A stretch of 64,000 bases of DNA from Mobula hypostoma (Eukaryota), in the NCBI RefSeq assembly GCF_963921235.1, contig NC_086097.1:202680001-202744000 (forward strand), written 5' to 3'. The number at the start of each line of letters is the position of its first letter. The first letter of the stretch is position 1. The notes beneath the pieces were generated by a model, which saw only the letters and a list, made by a program, of their open reading frames with translations, did not search any database and had not been told where the DNA came from. The translations under genes were made by a program, and so were the position numbers. Of this stretch, positions 47,455-60,380 are shown in pieces.

Positions 47455-50400
47455 TTCTCATTCTCCTGCCTTTTCTCCATAACCCTCACTAATTAATAAC
47501 TTAGCAACCTCTGCTCTAAATATGCCTAGCGATTTGGCCTCCATAGCTGTCTGTGGCAACGAATTCCACAGATTCAGCACCTTCTGCTTAAAGAATTGTG
47601 CCCAATCAATGAATGGGAGCACAAGAAGAAAAGGTGACTACACACAGGTCCACGATTGAAGATTAAAAAAGCAGTGCTCCATGGCAGTTTTTGGAGTTTG
47701 AAGTACACCCAATCAGTGAACGAGCTTCATTAGCAAGGTCAAATAAAAATAAGGCATGCAGAGCCGGTTTTGGGCCAATGTTAGAGTGGCTTTGGCTTAT
47801 CAGGCTTGGTATTTGCATTTCCCTTCTTACCACCAACTCAACCTGCAAGTTAACCTTGAGGGAATTCTACATGAGGACTTCCAAGTTCCTTTTTACCTAT
47901 GACTTACAAATTTTCTCCCCATTTAGAAAATAGTCTATGTCTTTATTCTTTCTTTATGCATGATCATACACTTCCCTGTGCTATATTCCATCTGCCACAT
48001 CTTTGCCCATTCTCCTAATCTGTCTAAGTCCTTCTGCAGACTCCCTACTTCCTTAATGCTTCCTGCCCTTCACCCGTCTTCATATCATCCACAAACTTGG
48101 CCAGAAAGCCATCAATTCCATTATCCAAGGCATTGACATATAATCTGATAGAAAGCGTTCCCAACCACTATGAAATACCATTAGTCACCAGCAGCCAATT
48201 AGAAAAGACCCCTTTATTCCCACTCTTTACCTTCTGCCAGTCAGCCAATCTTCAATCCATGATAGTACCTTTCCTGTAATACCATGGGCTCTTATCTTGT
48301 TTAGCAGCCTCATGTATGGCACCTTGTCAAAAGCTGGCTGAAAATCCAAGTAAGCAATATCCTCTGGCTCTCCTTTGTTTATCCTGCCTGTAATTTCTTC
48401 AGATTTTTCAGGTAAGACTTCCCCATAAGGAAACCCATGCTGATTTCAGCCTATTTTATTATGTACCTCCAAGTACCCGAAACCCCATCCTTAATCATGG
48501 ACTACAGTGTCTTTCTAACCACTAAAATCTGGCTAACTGGCCTATGAGTTCCTTTCTTGCCTCTCTCCTTTCTAAAGAGTGGAGTGAAGACCAAGTTACA
48601 AGAAAAATAAGGTGGTGATAGTAGGTGACTTTAACTTTCCATAGTAGGTGATTGTGACTCCCATACTGAAAATGTCTAGATGGGGTAGAGTTTCTCAAAT
48701 GTATTCAGAAAAGTTTCCTTAATCAATAAATAGCATTCCCAACTAGCGAGTATGATACTGGCTCTCTTATTAGGGTACAGGACAGAGCAGGTGACAGAAA
48801 TGTGAGGGAAACCACTTTGGTTCTAGTGGTACTAACTCCATTAGTTTCAAGATAATTATGGAGAAATATATGAGCGATCCTTGAGTCAAAATACTAAATT
48901 GAAGAAAGGACAATTTTGCTCGTATCCGAAAGGATCTCGCAGGTGTAGAGTGGGATAGGTTTTCTTCTAGCAGTGTGATGCTTGGTGAGTGGTAGGCCTT
49001 CAAAGATGAAATATTGGGAGTATGAAGTTTGTATGTTCCTTTAAGAATAAAAAAAATAAGGCTATCAGGCTTAGGGAAACTTAGTTTTTGAGGGATATTG
49101 AGAAGAAGAAGGAGCTACATAACATGTATAGGCAGGAATGAACAAACAAGGTGCATGATGAGCATAAGAAATGCAAGAGAACACTTAAGAGAAGGCTTGT
49201 GGTTACTCTGGTAGACAAGGTCAAAGAGAATTCTAAGGGCTTCTTTTGATTTTTTACTAGCAGCATGATAGCAGGGAACAAAAATTGGTCCACTTGAAGA
49301 TCAGCGTGCTCTTCTATGTATGGAGGCGAAAGAGATGGGGAGATCTTGAATGGATTTTTTTGTGTCTGTATTTTCTCAGGAGCCGGGCAAAGAGTAGGCA
49401 GAATCTTGGCAAAACAATGACAAATTGATTATTTTATTTTGTTCAGGTGTACAGCATAGAGCAGGTCCGTCTGGCCCATCAATGTCAATGTCCATCCTGT
49501 GACCCTAATCACAGGACATTTATAATTACCAGTTAACCTACTAACTGGTACATTTTTGACTGTGGGAGGAAACCCACATGCACATGGGAAGAACATGCAA
49601 TTTTTCTAACACAGGGTGCTGGAATTGAGCTCAGAATTGCAATGCTTGAGCTGCAATAGCATTATGCTAACCGCTACACTACTGTGGTGCCATTAATGGA
49701 TCGTATCTGGATTGCAGAAGAGGATGTGCTTGCTGCTGTGAAGTAAATTAGGCTGATAAGTCTCCAGGGCAAGACAGGGTATCCTCTCAAACCTTGTCTA
49801 GTGCCGAAATTGCAGGGGCCCTGACAGTTAATTAAAACATTCTTCGTGACGGGTAAGGTGCTGGAGGTCTAAAGGATAACTAATGTTGTTCCATTCTTTA
49901 AGAAAGACTTTAAGAATAAGCCGGGAAATTATAGGCTGATGATCTTGACATTGTGGCTTATCAGAGTTTTGTTATAATTTGATGATTTGCCCAGTGTGAT
50001 TGTTACTTTCAAAGAATTTCTTTTTAATAAATTGCGATACAAAATTGTTATCTCTTGCGTTAGAGCTGAAGGCCTTCCAGCCCAACCTGTCCATATTAAC
50101 CAAAGGTATTTTCTTGACCTGGTCCCATCTACCCGCATTTTCCCCATCATGCTCTAAATCTTTCCTATCCCTGTGCCTTTTCAAGTCTCTTTTAAATGTT
50201 GTTAATGTGTATATGATGATAAGTGGAATTGATGGTGTGGATAGCCAGAGGCTTTTTCCACGGGCCGAAATGACTAACATGAGGGGGCATAGTTTTAAGG
50301 TGCTTGGAAGTAGGTACAAGAGGAATGTCGGGGTAAGTTTTTCACACAGAGAGTGGTGGGTGTGTAGAATGCACTCCCAGTGACAATGGTAGAGGTGGAT

Positions 50401-52256
50401 ACAATAGGGTCTTTTAAGAGACTCTTAGGTACATGGAGCTGAGAAAAATAGAAAGCTATGCGGTAGGGAAATTCTAGGCATTTCTAGAGTTGGTTACATG
50501 GTTGCACAACACAGTGGGCCGAAGGGCCTGTAATGTGCTGTAGATTTCTATGTTTCTATTTCTATATCAGTAGTGGGCAAGTTATTGGAAGGTGTTCTAA
50601 GGGATCAGATATATTAGTATTTGGATAGACAGGGACTTACTAGAGATAGTCAACGTGACCTTGTGGGTTGTAGGATGTGTCTAACCAACGTTTTATAGAG
50701 TTTTTTGAAGACGTTACCAGGAAAGTTGATGAAAGAAGGGCAGTGGATGTTGTTTGTTGGACAAGATTCTGCATGGGAAGTTGATCAAGAAGGATCAGTC
50801 GCTTCACTCTGTCTCCCAACTCCACCCCTCCCGTTACCTGGCTTAACCTTTGTCCACTTTATTGGTCCATCGATCACTGCTGCCTTTGTGTCACCATTCC
50901 CTCTTTCTTTATACCGGCCCTCACTAATCTTGGTTCCAATATAGGGTTTTGATTTGTAAGGCCACCGATTCCTCGTACAGATGCTGCTTGACCCACTGAG
51001 TTCTTTAAGAAAGTTGCATGATACAGTTCCTGTTCTTCAAGAACCGGAATTTTTTTTGACGAAATTTACCTTCATAGTCATACAACATTTCATTCTTTTG
51101 AAACATCTTTTGTTCCATCAGTAGGTGATTTTTGTTTTGAATTAGAAAGAGATAATTCTTCTGGAAGATCAGAATGATAATCCATGTGTGGAACCAAAAG
51201 AGATGGGGGAGATCTTAAATAGATTTTTTGCATCTATATTTACTCAGAAGACAGACACAGAGTCTATAGAAGTGAGGCAAAGCAGCATTAATTTCATGGA
51301 CCTTATACAGATTACAGAAGGTCAAGAAGGTGCAGTCACTTGGCATTGAAGATGGGTTTGTAAATTGCATTAGACATTGGCTCTGGGATGGAAACCAGAG
51401 AGAGGTAGTAGATGGTTGCCTCTCTGACTGGGGGCCTGTAACTAGTGGAGTGCCACAGGGATAAGTGGTTGGTCCTTTGTTATTTGTCATTTATATCAAT
51501 GATCTGGATGACAATGTGGTTAACTGGATCAGCAAATTTGCTAATGACACCAAGACTGGGGGTGTAGTGGACTGCAAGGAAGACTATCAGAGCTTGCATA
51601 GAATCTGGACCAGTTGGAAAAATGGGCTGTAAACGGCAGGTGGAATCTAATGCAGACAAGTGTGTGGTGTTATATTTCGGTAGAACCAACCGTGGTTGGT
51701 CTTATGCAGTGAACGATAGGGCACTGAGGAGTGCTGGAGACGAAAGGGGTCTAGGAATACAGGTCCATAATTCATTGAAAGTGGCAGCATAGGTAGATAG
51801 GGTCATTAACAAAGCTTTTGGCATATTGGCCTTCATTAATCAATAGTATTGAGTATAGCAAATAGGATATTATGTTGAAGTTGTATAAGACATTAGTGAG
51901 GCCTAATTTAGAGTTTTATGTGCAATTTGGGTCACCTACCTACAGGAAAGATGTAAATAAGGTTGAAGGTGTACAGAGAAAATTTACAAGGATGTTGCCA
52001 GGGCTGGAGGACCTGAGTTACAAAAAGATTGAAAAGTTTAAGGTGACCATGAGGGTTGTGAGAGTGTGGAACAAGCTGCCAGCCCAAGTGGCGCATGCAA
52101 GCTTGATTTCAATGTTTAAGAGAAGCTTGGATAGGTACTTGGAGAGCTATGGTCCCGGTGCAAGTCAGTGGGAGTAGGCAGTTTAAATGGTTTGGCATGG
52201 ACTAGATGGGCTGAATGGCCTGTTTCTGTGCTGCACTTTTCTATGATGCTATGACT
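47455..52256. mobile_element. Mosaic of CR1 fragments on both strands with SINE and Penelope inserts
   Basis: Minus CR1 spans ~47455-48590. Plus CR1 spans ~48590-52256 (VGDFNF, SGVPQG, LVRPNLE), with shorter CR1 tails at ~50055-50565 and a degraded pLTR at ~50810-51005. Confidence 0.75.
49430..49691 (-). mobile_element. tRNA-derived SINE (same family as 3331-4129)
   Basis: It shares gagctg(c/t)aatag...gctaacc(g/a)c and ctaatca...ggaca motifs with that copy. Confidence 0.65.
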
Positions 52257-52857
52257 GATTCTTGGGATATTCATCATTCTAGACAGTATCTTGACCAAAG
52301 GGGATTGAGTCTACATGGATCATATCAAGATAGCTATAGGGAGAGTGACTAGATGGAAGTACATTTTGCGCACATTGCAAGTACTTTAAAGGTGATTTCT
52401 TTTAAGCTGCATTGTCTAACTGTTTTTGAGACAATGCATCCCATTAGAAAAGTAGACATCTGCAAGGGTGACGTAATTGTAATGGTCCTCTATCAGAGCA
52501 GGATAAAGTTTTTTATGTGCAATATTGTTCTGTATTTTCTGTTTTTTAAATCAGATTCAAGTCATTTATCTCTTTAGGACTGGATTTTCTTAATGTAATT
52601 TCTCAGTTTTCATCCCCTGTGACTTTGAACTGCTGAGTCTTTCCAGTATTATAATTTATTTACGTCTACTTTTGAAGTCTCAAGATAGCAAAATCTTTGA
52701 AATTATCATCCACATAGAAAAATTTGTAAGAAATAAATCAGACTTCCTACTTGTAAGTAGAAGGTATCACACATACAATGTAATTATTTTGTGTGAGTAG
52801 TTCAATATATAAAATTATAGAATAACATTTATCCAGAAAAAAAGTTGCTGATTTTAC

Positions 52858-52993
52858 CACAAACAAGAGAAAATCTGCAGATGCTGGAAATCCAAGCAAC
52901 ACACACAAAATGCTGGAGGAACTCATGCAACTTACTTTTTCCATAGATGCTGCCTGGCCTGCTGAGTTCCTCCAGCGTTTTGTGTGTGTTGCT
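52858..52993. mobile_element. Fold-back Penelope pLTR mini-insertion
   Basis: Inverted arms lie at 52895-52925 and 52963-52993. GTTGCT(G/A)ATTTTAC flanks it at 52844-52857 and 52988-53001. Confidence 0.78.
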
Positions 52994-53561
52994 AATTTTA
53001 CTAATGTTACTGATTTTACTAGTACTAAAGTTACTGTAGTATTATTTCTTAAGTAATGAATAATAACTGACATAAAAATGATGTTAATTTTATCAATGAA
53101 ATGAACATTGATGTTTTAATTAAGACTGATTTTTAAATATGAAATGTGTGATATTCTTCAGTAGATTCAGCTCAAACCACTAGCTCAGTTTTTGAGAAGG
53201 TTATAAAAAAACAAAAACAGACATGCATATTAAATGGGAGGTTTTATGTTTTTGATTAGCTTCTTGTAATAGGTGTTTTTGTCTTCATTATTTTGGTAAA
53301 ATACGTCAAAGACTTCGTACGTGCATTTGATTGAAGAAAATATGCAGACGCTATTTCAGTCGTTTTATTTCAGTGTAATGTATTAGTGGAGATAAATACG
53401 TTTGTCTCTTCACATGTGAACACAACTTACTTTTCACCTGAGTTTGTAATTTCAAGGCAGCTCAAAGCACCTATGTATAGAAAAAAAGATCTTTGTGTTG
53501 TATTTGCTGGAAAATTGCAAACTAGGTGTTCAAAATTCTTTCTAGATTTTTAAAATAAGTA

Positions 53562-54309
53562 CAGTGGTTGTGGTTAATTGGGCTATCGGTTTGTCGGGGC
53601 TGCGTGCTTATTTGGGACATCTAAAAAAATCTAATTCAGAAAATTGCTGCGACTCCTTCATATATTTGGGACTCTATGCGGCTTAATGGGTAGGAGACTG
53701 TTGTCGAACAGGTTCTAACTAGCATCAGTCACACGTAATTGTATGGCCATTACACATTACATCATGCTTAGAGCGATTAGTTTTTAAATAGCGTTAGTTG
53801 CATGTGTTTTTGTTCAAAAAGTAGTAATTTTTTTCACTGATAGTTTGCGAGGTATAAGCAGTAAGACAGCAGTAAGCAGAAATGTTTTGCTCACTGCGAT
53901 TTCAAGCAGTCAGGCTTTGAGTTGCCAGAAACAGCCAGGAGTGAAAATGAAATAATTTCATGACTTCAACAGGTTAGGAACAGCAAAAAATTTAGAAGGT
54001 ATCAACAATCATATGGAATATTACAATCAAAATGAGGATTTGGAGGATGCAATTGTTGATAACATTGTATGAAAGCAGCCATTATCTGCACTAGGTGTCA
54101 GGCTTATTTTGTTTGCTACACTGAATGACTTCCTCCATTGATTACAGTTTTATAGTACTGTAATACTGTTGATAGTATTCTAATTTGTTTCTCAGTTTGT
54201 TTTTTTGTGTTTTTAACTATTTCCATGAAACTTCATCTAAATGGAGCAACTGCTTATTTGGGCCGAAATTTACTGATCCTCATGTGTCCCAATTAACCAG
54301 AATCCACTG
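53562..54309 (+). mobile_element. Non-autonomous pogo/Tigger-like DNA transposon
   Basis: The ends are TA|CAGTGGTTGTGGTTAATTGGG ... CCCAATTAACCAGAATCCACTG|TA. An internal remnant tgttttgctcactgcgatttc (CFAHCxF) resembles pogo transposase C-termini. Confidence 0.75.
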
Positions 54310-56541
54310 TACTTCTTTCTTGACTAAAATTAGCATCAGAGATGGTCCTTGTTTTATTGGTTTTTAATCCCCCAAAGCTCTTATTGCCTTTATACCCATA
54401 ATTTTTGTCTTTATTCATTAAACTATGAGTGCATTTCAGAGACGAGATGGCAGCACGTTTGATTGCAGCAGATTCTTTGGGGTCAACCAAAGGTGTTATT
54501 GTTCTTTTTAAATGTATGTTTTATGATCACAAAACCCTGCTGTACATTAAAAATTTAAAGTACTGCAAATCTACCCTATAAGCAATTTACTCTTTGGCGG
54601 AGAAACTGAGTGAGCTGGACTTGGTGTGGATAGTTCTTCTGCTTGTGTCAGAGGAGTCAGTGCGCGAAGACAGTGTGCAGTCGAACAGCAAGTGATGGTC
54701 TCAGTTGCTTTTCTTGTGATTGCAAGACCCTGTTGGACATTGTTAATGTGGAATGCTGCAAGTCCGATTCACTGATTTATTGGCGGACGGCGAGGGAGCT
54801 GCATGGCCTCGGTGGTAAGAAAGACTAGGCCTCAAGCTGTGGTGTCAGCTGTTTACAGCTGTTCAGGAGCAAGGTGTTGGAGTCGTTGTGTTCTACTGGA
54901 GCTGGCGTGGCATGGTGTCGAAGCTGGAGTTGGTGCTGCCTCCTGGCATTCACCTGGCAGAAGACAAGTAGTATTGTGTTCGACTGCAGACTGCTTCAAC
55001 TTTAATGGACTCATGGTCTTGGACTATATATCTTTTGTGTCACTGCATTTTGCTGATATCCTTTTGTGTACTTGCTATCTTGTATGTGCCTTGTGCTGTT
55101 TGTGACTGTTGGTAGTGTGTTTTGCACCTTGGTCCCGGAGTAACCCTGTTTTGTTTGTCTGTAGTTATGGGTATTCATGTGTAGTTGAATGACAATTCAA
55201 CTTGAACTTCAAAATAATTATTTGACATTGAAGTTGAGGAAATTTGAAATATATTAATAATGCAATTATTTTCGTCCTTTCTGCTTAGGGATGAGGCACA
55301 GATGTTCCAATTTCTTTTCTGCATGTACTATTATTCTGTTTCTAGTTCAGGACATCATAATTGAAGTCCCTTAAATTTTGAATGCATTGTGAGAAACTAT
55401 TTAAATAACTTGCGAAATGTGTTTTCCAGGGGTTAATTAACAATCATAATTATCTTTGTCTTTTCATGAGGTGATTACAACTTGCTTCCAAAGGAATCTA
55501 TCCAGTTTGTCCTTGTCTGTAAAGCTGACACTTTAAGCAGTGTATATTGATTCAGTACGCATTTATATATTTGCTGATCATTTTAGAGTGTAGCACAAAG
55601 CCTTAAAAGAAGCATCTTATTGAAATAAAGACGTGAAACGGCAAATTGACTTTAAGAAGAAGGAATGAATATAAATTTCAAGATGTAATAATAAATGTAA
55701 TGTGCTGATCTCAACTTGTCCCAATTAACCAGAATCCACTGTACTTCTTTCTTGACTAAAATTAGTACCAGAGACAGTCTTTTTTTTAAATGGCTTTTAA
55801 TCCCCCAACGTTTTTATTGCCTGTCTACCCACAGTTTACTACTACTAAGTGCATTAAATATCTGAATGAAGCTGAGCAGTCATCTGTGGCTAAGTAGTAC
55901 CCTGTTATCTGATAAAGGACCATTACAATTGCATTATCTTTGCAGATGTCATATGTCTGCTTTTTGAATGGGATGCATTGTCTCAAAAAAAGGTTAGGCA
56001 ATGCACCTTAAAACTCTCGCCTTTAAAATACTTTCTATATGTGAGGTACCTACTTCAACCTGCATTCATACTCCCTTTAGAATTAACGGAATTACAGAGC
56101 CATGCATATCATATTAAAGTTATCTTTATGATTTGTGTAGGCAGTTTTACCGAACAATAAGAGCACTGCAAGTTGTATGCGGTTTTCAGAAAAAGAGAAA
56201 TTCATTGTAGTTAGAAACGTTGACCCTTCGGTAACTATAGATGGACACTGTTTCCAAAGTACTGATTATATCTTTGTGGTGTGAAAGCCACAACTAGTTG
56301 CTAAGAATGTATTATTACCAGTAAATGAGATTTCATTTGATTCTTAACTTCCTGCCTTTCTTTTTGCAATTTCGTAGTTTTAAACAACATTCTAACAAGT
56401 TAAATATTTTAAGTGACATGTTAACAATACAAGCATGGAATAATAAATATAAGTAACATTTTCATCATAAAAATAATTGAAGAATGAACAATATAGGTGT
56501 AGTAGGTGAATATCATTTGAGTGTTTAATGAAGTCTATTAA

Positions 56542-56835
56542 CATAGAAAATAGGTGCAGGAGTAGGCCATTCGGCCCTTCGAGCCTGGACCGCCATTCAG
56601 TACGATCATGGCTGATCATCCAACTCAGAACCCTATACCTGCCTTCTCTCCATACTTCCTGATCCCTTTAGCCATAAGGGCCATATCTAACTCCCTCTTA
56701 AATATAGCCAATGAACTGGCCTCAACTGTTTCCTGTGGCAGAGAATTCCACAGATTCACCACTCTCTGTGTGAAGAAGTTTTTCCTCATCTCGGTCCTAA
56801 AAGGCTTCCCCTTTATCCTCAAACTGTGACCCCTC
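56542..56835 (-). mobile_element. Short young CR1 3' end
   Basis: ORF 56625-56837 reads RGHSLRIKGKPFRTEMRKNFFTQRVVNLWNSLP. TATTAA occurs on both sides. Confidence 0.88.
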
Positions 56836-56974
56836 ATTTGTTATTAAACAACAAATGAGCTGTTTTCAAAGTCAATAGTACAGTTACACAGGTTAAATCT
56901 TAGTTAATGGTTGATATATAATTGAGCACAAAATAATTTCAACATTAATAATTTTAAAATAAGACATATAAGGT

Positions 56975-58995
56975 TGTAGGTGTGTCCAGGAAGAATTTCT
57001 GTGGGCAGGGAAACTAGAGGAGAAGCAATACAGGATCTGGTACTAGGCAATGAACCTGGCCACTCAGTGGGTGCGCATTTTGGAGGTAGTCACCACAACT
57101 CCCTGAACTTTAGCATGGCCATGGACAAGGATAGGGGCAGATGACCAGTACTTTAACATTACATCGTTGTACCCTCCTTGGCCACAGTAGTGGTACCAGA
57201 GGATTGGAGGATGGCAACTGTTCCATTGTTCAAGAAAAATAATATGGATAATCCTGAGGATTGTAGACCAGTAAGGCTTGTAAGAATGGTAGGCTAACTA
57301 TTGTAGAGGATTCTTAGGTACAGGATTACGAGCATTTGCAGAAGCATGGTGTCATGGTCCCTTCTGGCATTCCTCCACCTTGCTATTTACCACAGGAATT
57401 GGGCCTCAATCACCTAATTTAATTTCCAATTATTCCCAGGTTCCACTAACTACACACACCTGCTTCCCATCAGAAACTGCAGGATAAAGACCCTGTGATC
57501 ACAACAAGGAGCTGCCAGTTCATTGGTCGACTCATGTTTGAGTAACCTTGTTCCATGGCTCTTAGGACTATCAGTTCTAAGTCTAGCATCGTTCCTGAAT
57601 TCGCTACTAAAACCAAGAATCCTGGTAAAGACTCTCTTGGACACCAATTCCACACTCGCTATGACCGTAACGCCTCTCGACTTGGCCTCCACGCCCGTGT
57701 TCAGCACTTGGGTTCATTCTACCGCCACGTCCTTGCAACACATGGTCTTACTAGGGATATTCAGCATCACTTTCTGAGTGGGTGTCTCACAAACCTAATT
57801 GAGTTTTTGAGGCGGTGACAAAACAAATTGATGAAGTTGGAGTGGTGGATGTGGTTTATATAGATTTTATTAAGAAATTTGACAAGGTTCCTCCTGGTAG
57901 GCTCCAGAAATCCAAGAGGCATGGATTCTTTGGAAATATGCCGGCTTGGATTTGGAGTTGGCTAGCCCACATAAGACAGAGGGTGATAGATAGGGCATCC
58001 ATAGAGGTCTATTTGGGGATCCCTGCTCTTTGTAATTTTTATAAATCACTTGGATGAGGAAATGAATGGGTGGGTTAGTAAATTTGCAAATTATATGAAG
58101 ATTGGAGGTGTTATGGATAGTGTAGAAAGTTGTTATAGTTTGCAACAGAATATAAACAGGTTACAAAGTTGGCCTGAGAAGTGGCAGCTGGAGGCCCATC
58201 CAGGAAAGTGAAGTGATGCACTTTGGAAGGTCAAACTCAAAGGCTGAGTACAAGGTTACTGGCAGGATTCTTAGTATTGTGGAGGAACAGAGGGATTTTG
58301 GGATCCAAGTCGATAGGTCCCTCGAATTTGTTGCGGAAACTAGTTTAGAACCCTGTGGTGTGCTGGCCCTCATTAGTCAGAGGATTCAATTCAAGAGCCA
58401 CGAAGTAGTGTTGAATCTCTGTAAGACCCTGGTTAGATCTCATTTGAAATATTGTATTCAGTTCTGGTCACCTAATTATTGGAAGGATATGGAACCTTCA
58501 GAGAGAGTGCAGAGGAGATTTACAAGGATGCTGCCTGGATTAGAGAACATGTCTCAGGAAGAAAGGTTGAGTGAGCTAAGGCTTTTGTTTTTGGACTGAT
58601 GGAAGATGAGAGGCTACTTCATAGAGATGCAAAAGATTATCAGAGGTGTAGATTGAGTGGACAGCTAGTGCCTTTTCCTCCAGAATGGCAATAGCCAATT
58701 CCAGGGAACTTCTGTTTATGGTGAATGGAAGAAAATTTAGGTGAGATATCAGAGGCAGATTTTTTTTCACAGTCGTAAGTGACCAGAACGCATTGCTGAG
58801 GTGGAGGTAGAGGTTGATTAAATAAGAACATTTAAAAGACTCAGACACATGGTTGTAAGAAAAATAGATGGTTATGGGCTGTCTAGGAGGGAAGGCTCAG
58901 ATTGAATCTGAAGTAGGTTTACACAAGTTGGTGCAACATTGTGGGACAAAGGGCTGTATTGTAAAGAACAATACTCTGCTGTATTTTTCTATGTC
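56975..58995 (+). mobile_element. Old CR1 ORF2 fragment hosting a solo LTR
   Basis: Motifs PEDWRMA, DFIKKFDKVP and LVRSHLKYCIQFWSP are present. Confidence 0.8.
57350..57740. mobile_element. Solo LTR (391 bp) with a 5-bp target-site duplication
   Basis: It has TGTCA...CAACA ends and CATGG at 57345-57349 and 57741-57745. Removing it restores CR1 EHLQKHGLTRDIQH. Confidence 0.85.
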
Positions 58996-59739
58996 TGTGT
59001 TATATGGACCATTTAAAATAACATGCTATTTTGCAGTTTTTTGGAAAACTAACTTCAATTTGCTTCTCTGTAGGCATGATTCAAATACATTATGTGATAC
59101 ATTTTCCAATTTGTGTAAGTTGATTGCCATTTTAAAATTACAGTTTGACAAACTCAAATCATAACTGCCCATTTTGTTGGTTGATGAGTTCTGCTTTTTA
59201 TTTTATCCATTTAATGACATTTTCAACCACTTGAATCAATGGGCCCATGATTGAGTGAACCTGGTGACTTAAGGATATAGTTTTGTGCTTTTATGACCTC
59301 TGATTCAGTGGGTCAGATTCTAAACATTCACAGCATCAAAAGACTTTACTCATATATTTTTTGTTCTTATGCTACTTATTTTCCTTCTATCTCTTTTGGT
59401 TGTTCCGCTCCAAAGCATGTCACTATCCTTCTTACAGTTCCCTATGCTTCAAAGTTTTGTGTTTGCAGACATGGAAATTATGACCTATATACTCGGGTCC
59501 AGAATGTTTTAAGGAAAAGCAGTGAAGCTAGTCTTGGACCTTGGAAACACCACAATACACTTCTCTGCTCTCTGAATTTTCAGGAAGTACACTTTTCTCA
59601 TGAGATTACCATGAGATCACCCAAATCCCCAAAATCCACACTCAACAAAAACATCAGGCAATAGAGAGAACTGAACGATCTCAGAACCAATAAGATCAAA
59701 GCTTTGAAATCTTTCAAGACTTTGAAACCACATCTAGTT

Positions 59740-60380
59740 GTGAATGATGATGGCAATTAAATAACTAATTGGGGGCTGAGGCTCCAAGAATATCACTCGC
59801 AATAAGGATGGGACTCAGCATATGAATGGTAAAGAAAATGTTGGATCAATTACTAGCATGTTCAGCCATAAGTGCCAAGCAGATGATTCATCTCATCTTC
59901 CTCTGGAAATCCCCACAAGAATCCTTTTCCACCAAAAGCATTTCACTCCATTACGATCTGAAATTGCTATAAGCAATGAAATCAGCAAAGGGTAGAAATC
60001 CCTTTGACAACTAGACAAAATCACAGTGGTGCTGCTGAATATCTGCTCTCCAGAACCAGCTGAGCCTCTGGCGAACCAGCTTCAGTATAATTTTAACGCT
60101 GGTATCTACCTTATGATGTGGAATATTATACGATTATGTTTCATTCAGAAAAAGCAAGACAAATTCAGTCAAGCTAATTACTGTCCAAGCAGTCAATTCT
60201 CAGTGATGAGGGCCATCATTGTTCTATTAAGCGACGTTTACTTGCGACTAACCTATTGCCAATGCCATGTTTAAGTTTCAGCAGGCCCACTCCAATCTGG
60301 TCCAAATGTGGACCAAAGAGTAGAATTCTTAAGGTGAGGCGAAAATGACTTCTTTACATTAGGGGAGAATTTGACTGATC
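59740..60380 (+). mobile_element. Very old CR1/L2-group LINE remnant
   Basis: Decayed motifs (PEPAEPLA, KKQDKFSQANYCP) resemble the pre-RT region of LINE ORF2. Confidence 0.45.

Noticed and set aside
54430..55210. GC-richer segment with ORFs 54643-54828 and 54803-55105 as a small gene
   Set aside because: It has no recognisable domain or splice structure and ends in a (ttgaac)-type tail like the Rex-like elements. It is probably a non-autonomous repeat that I cannot classify.
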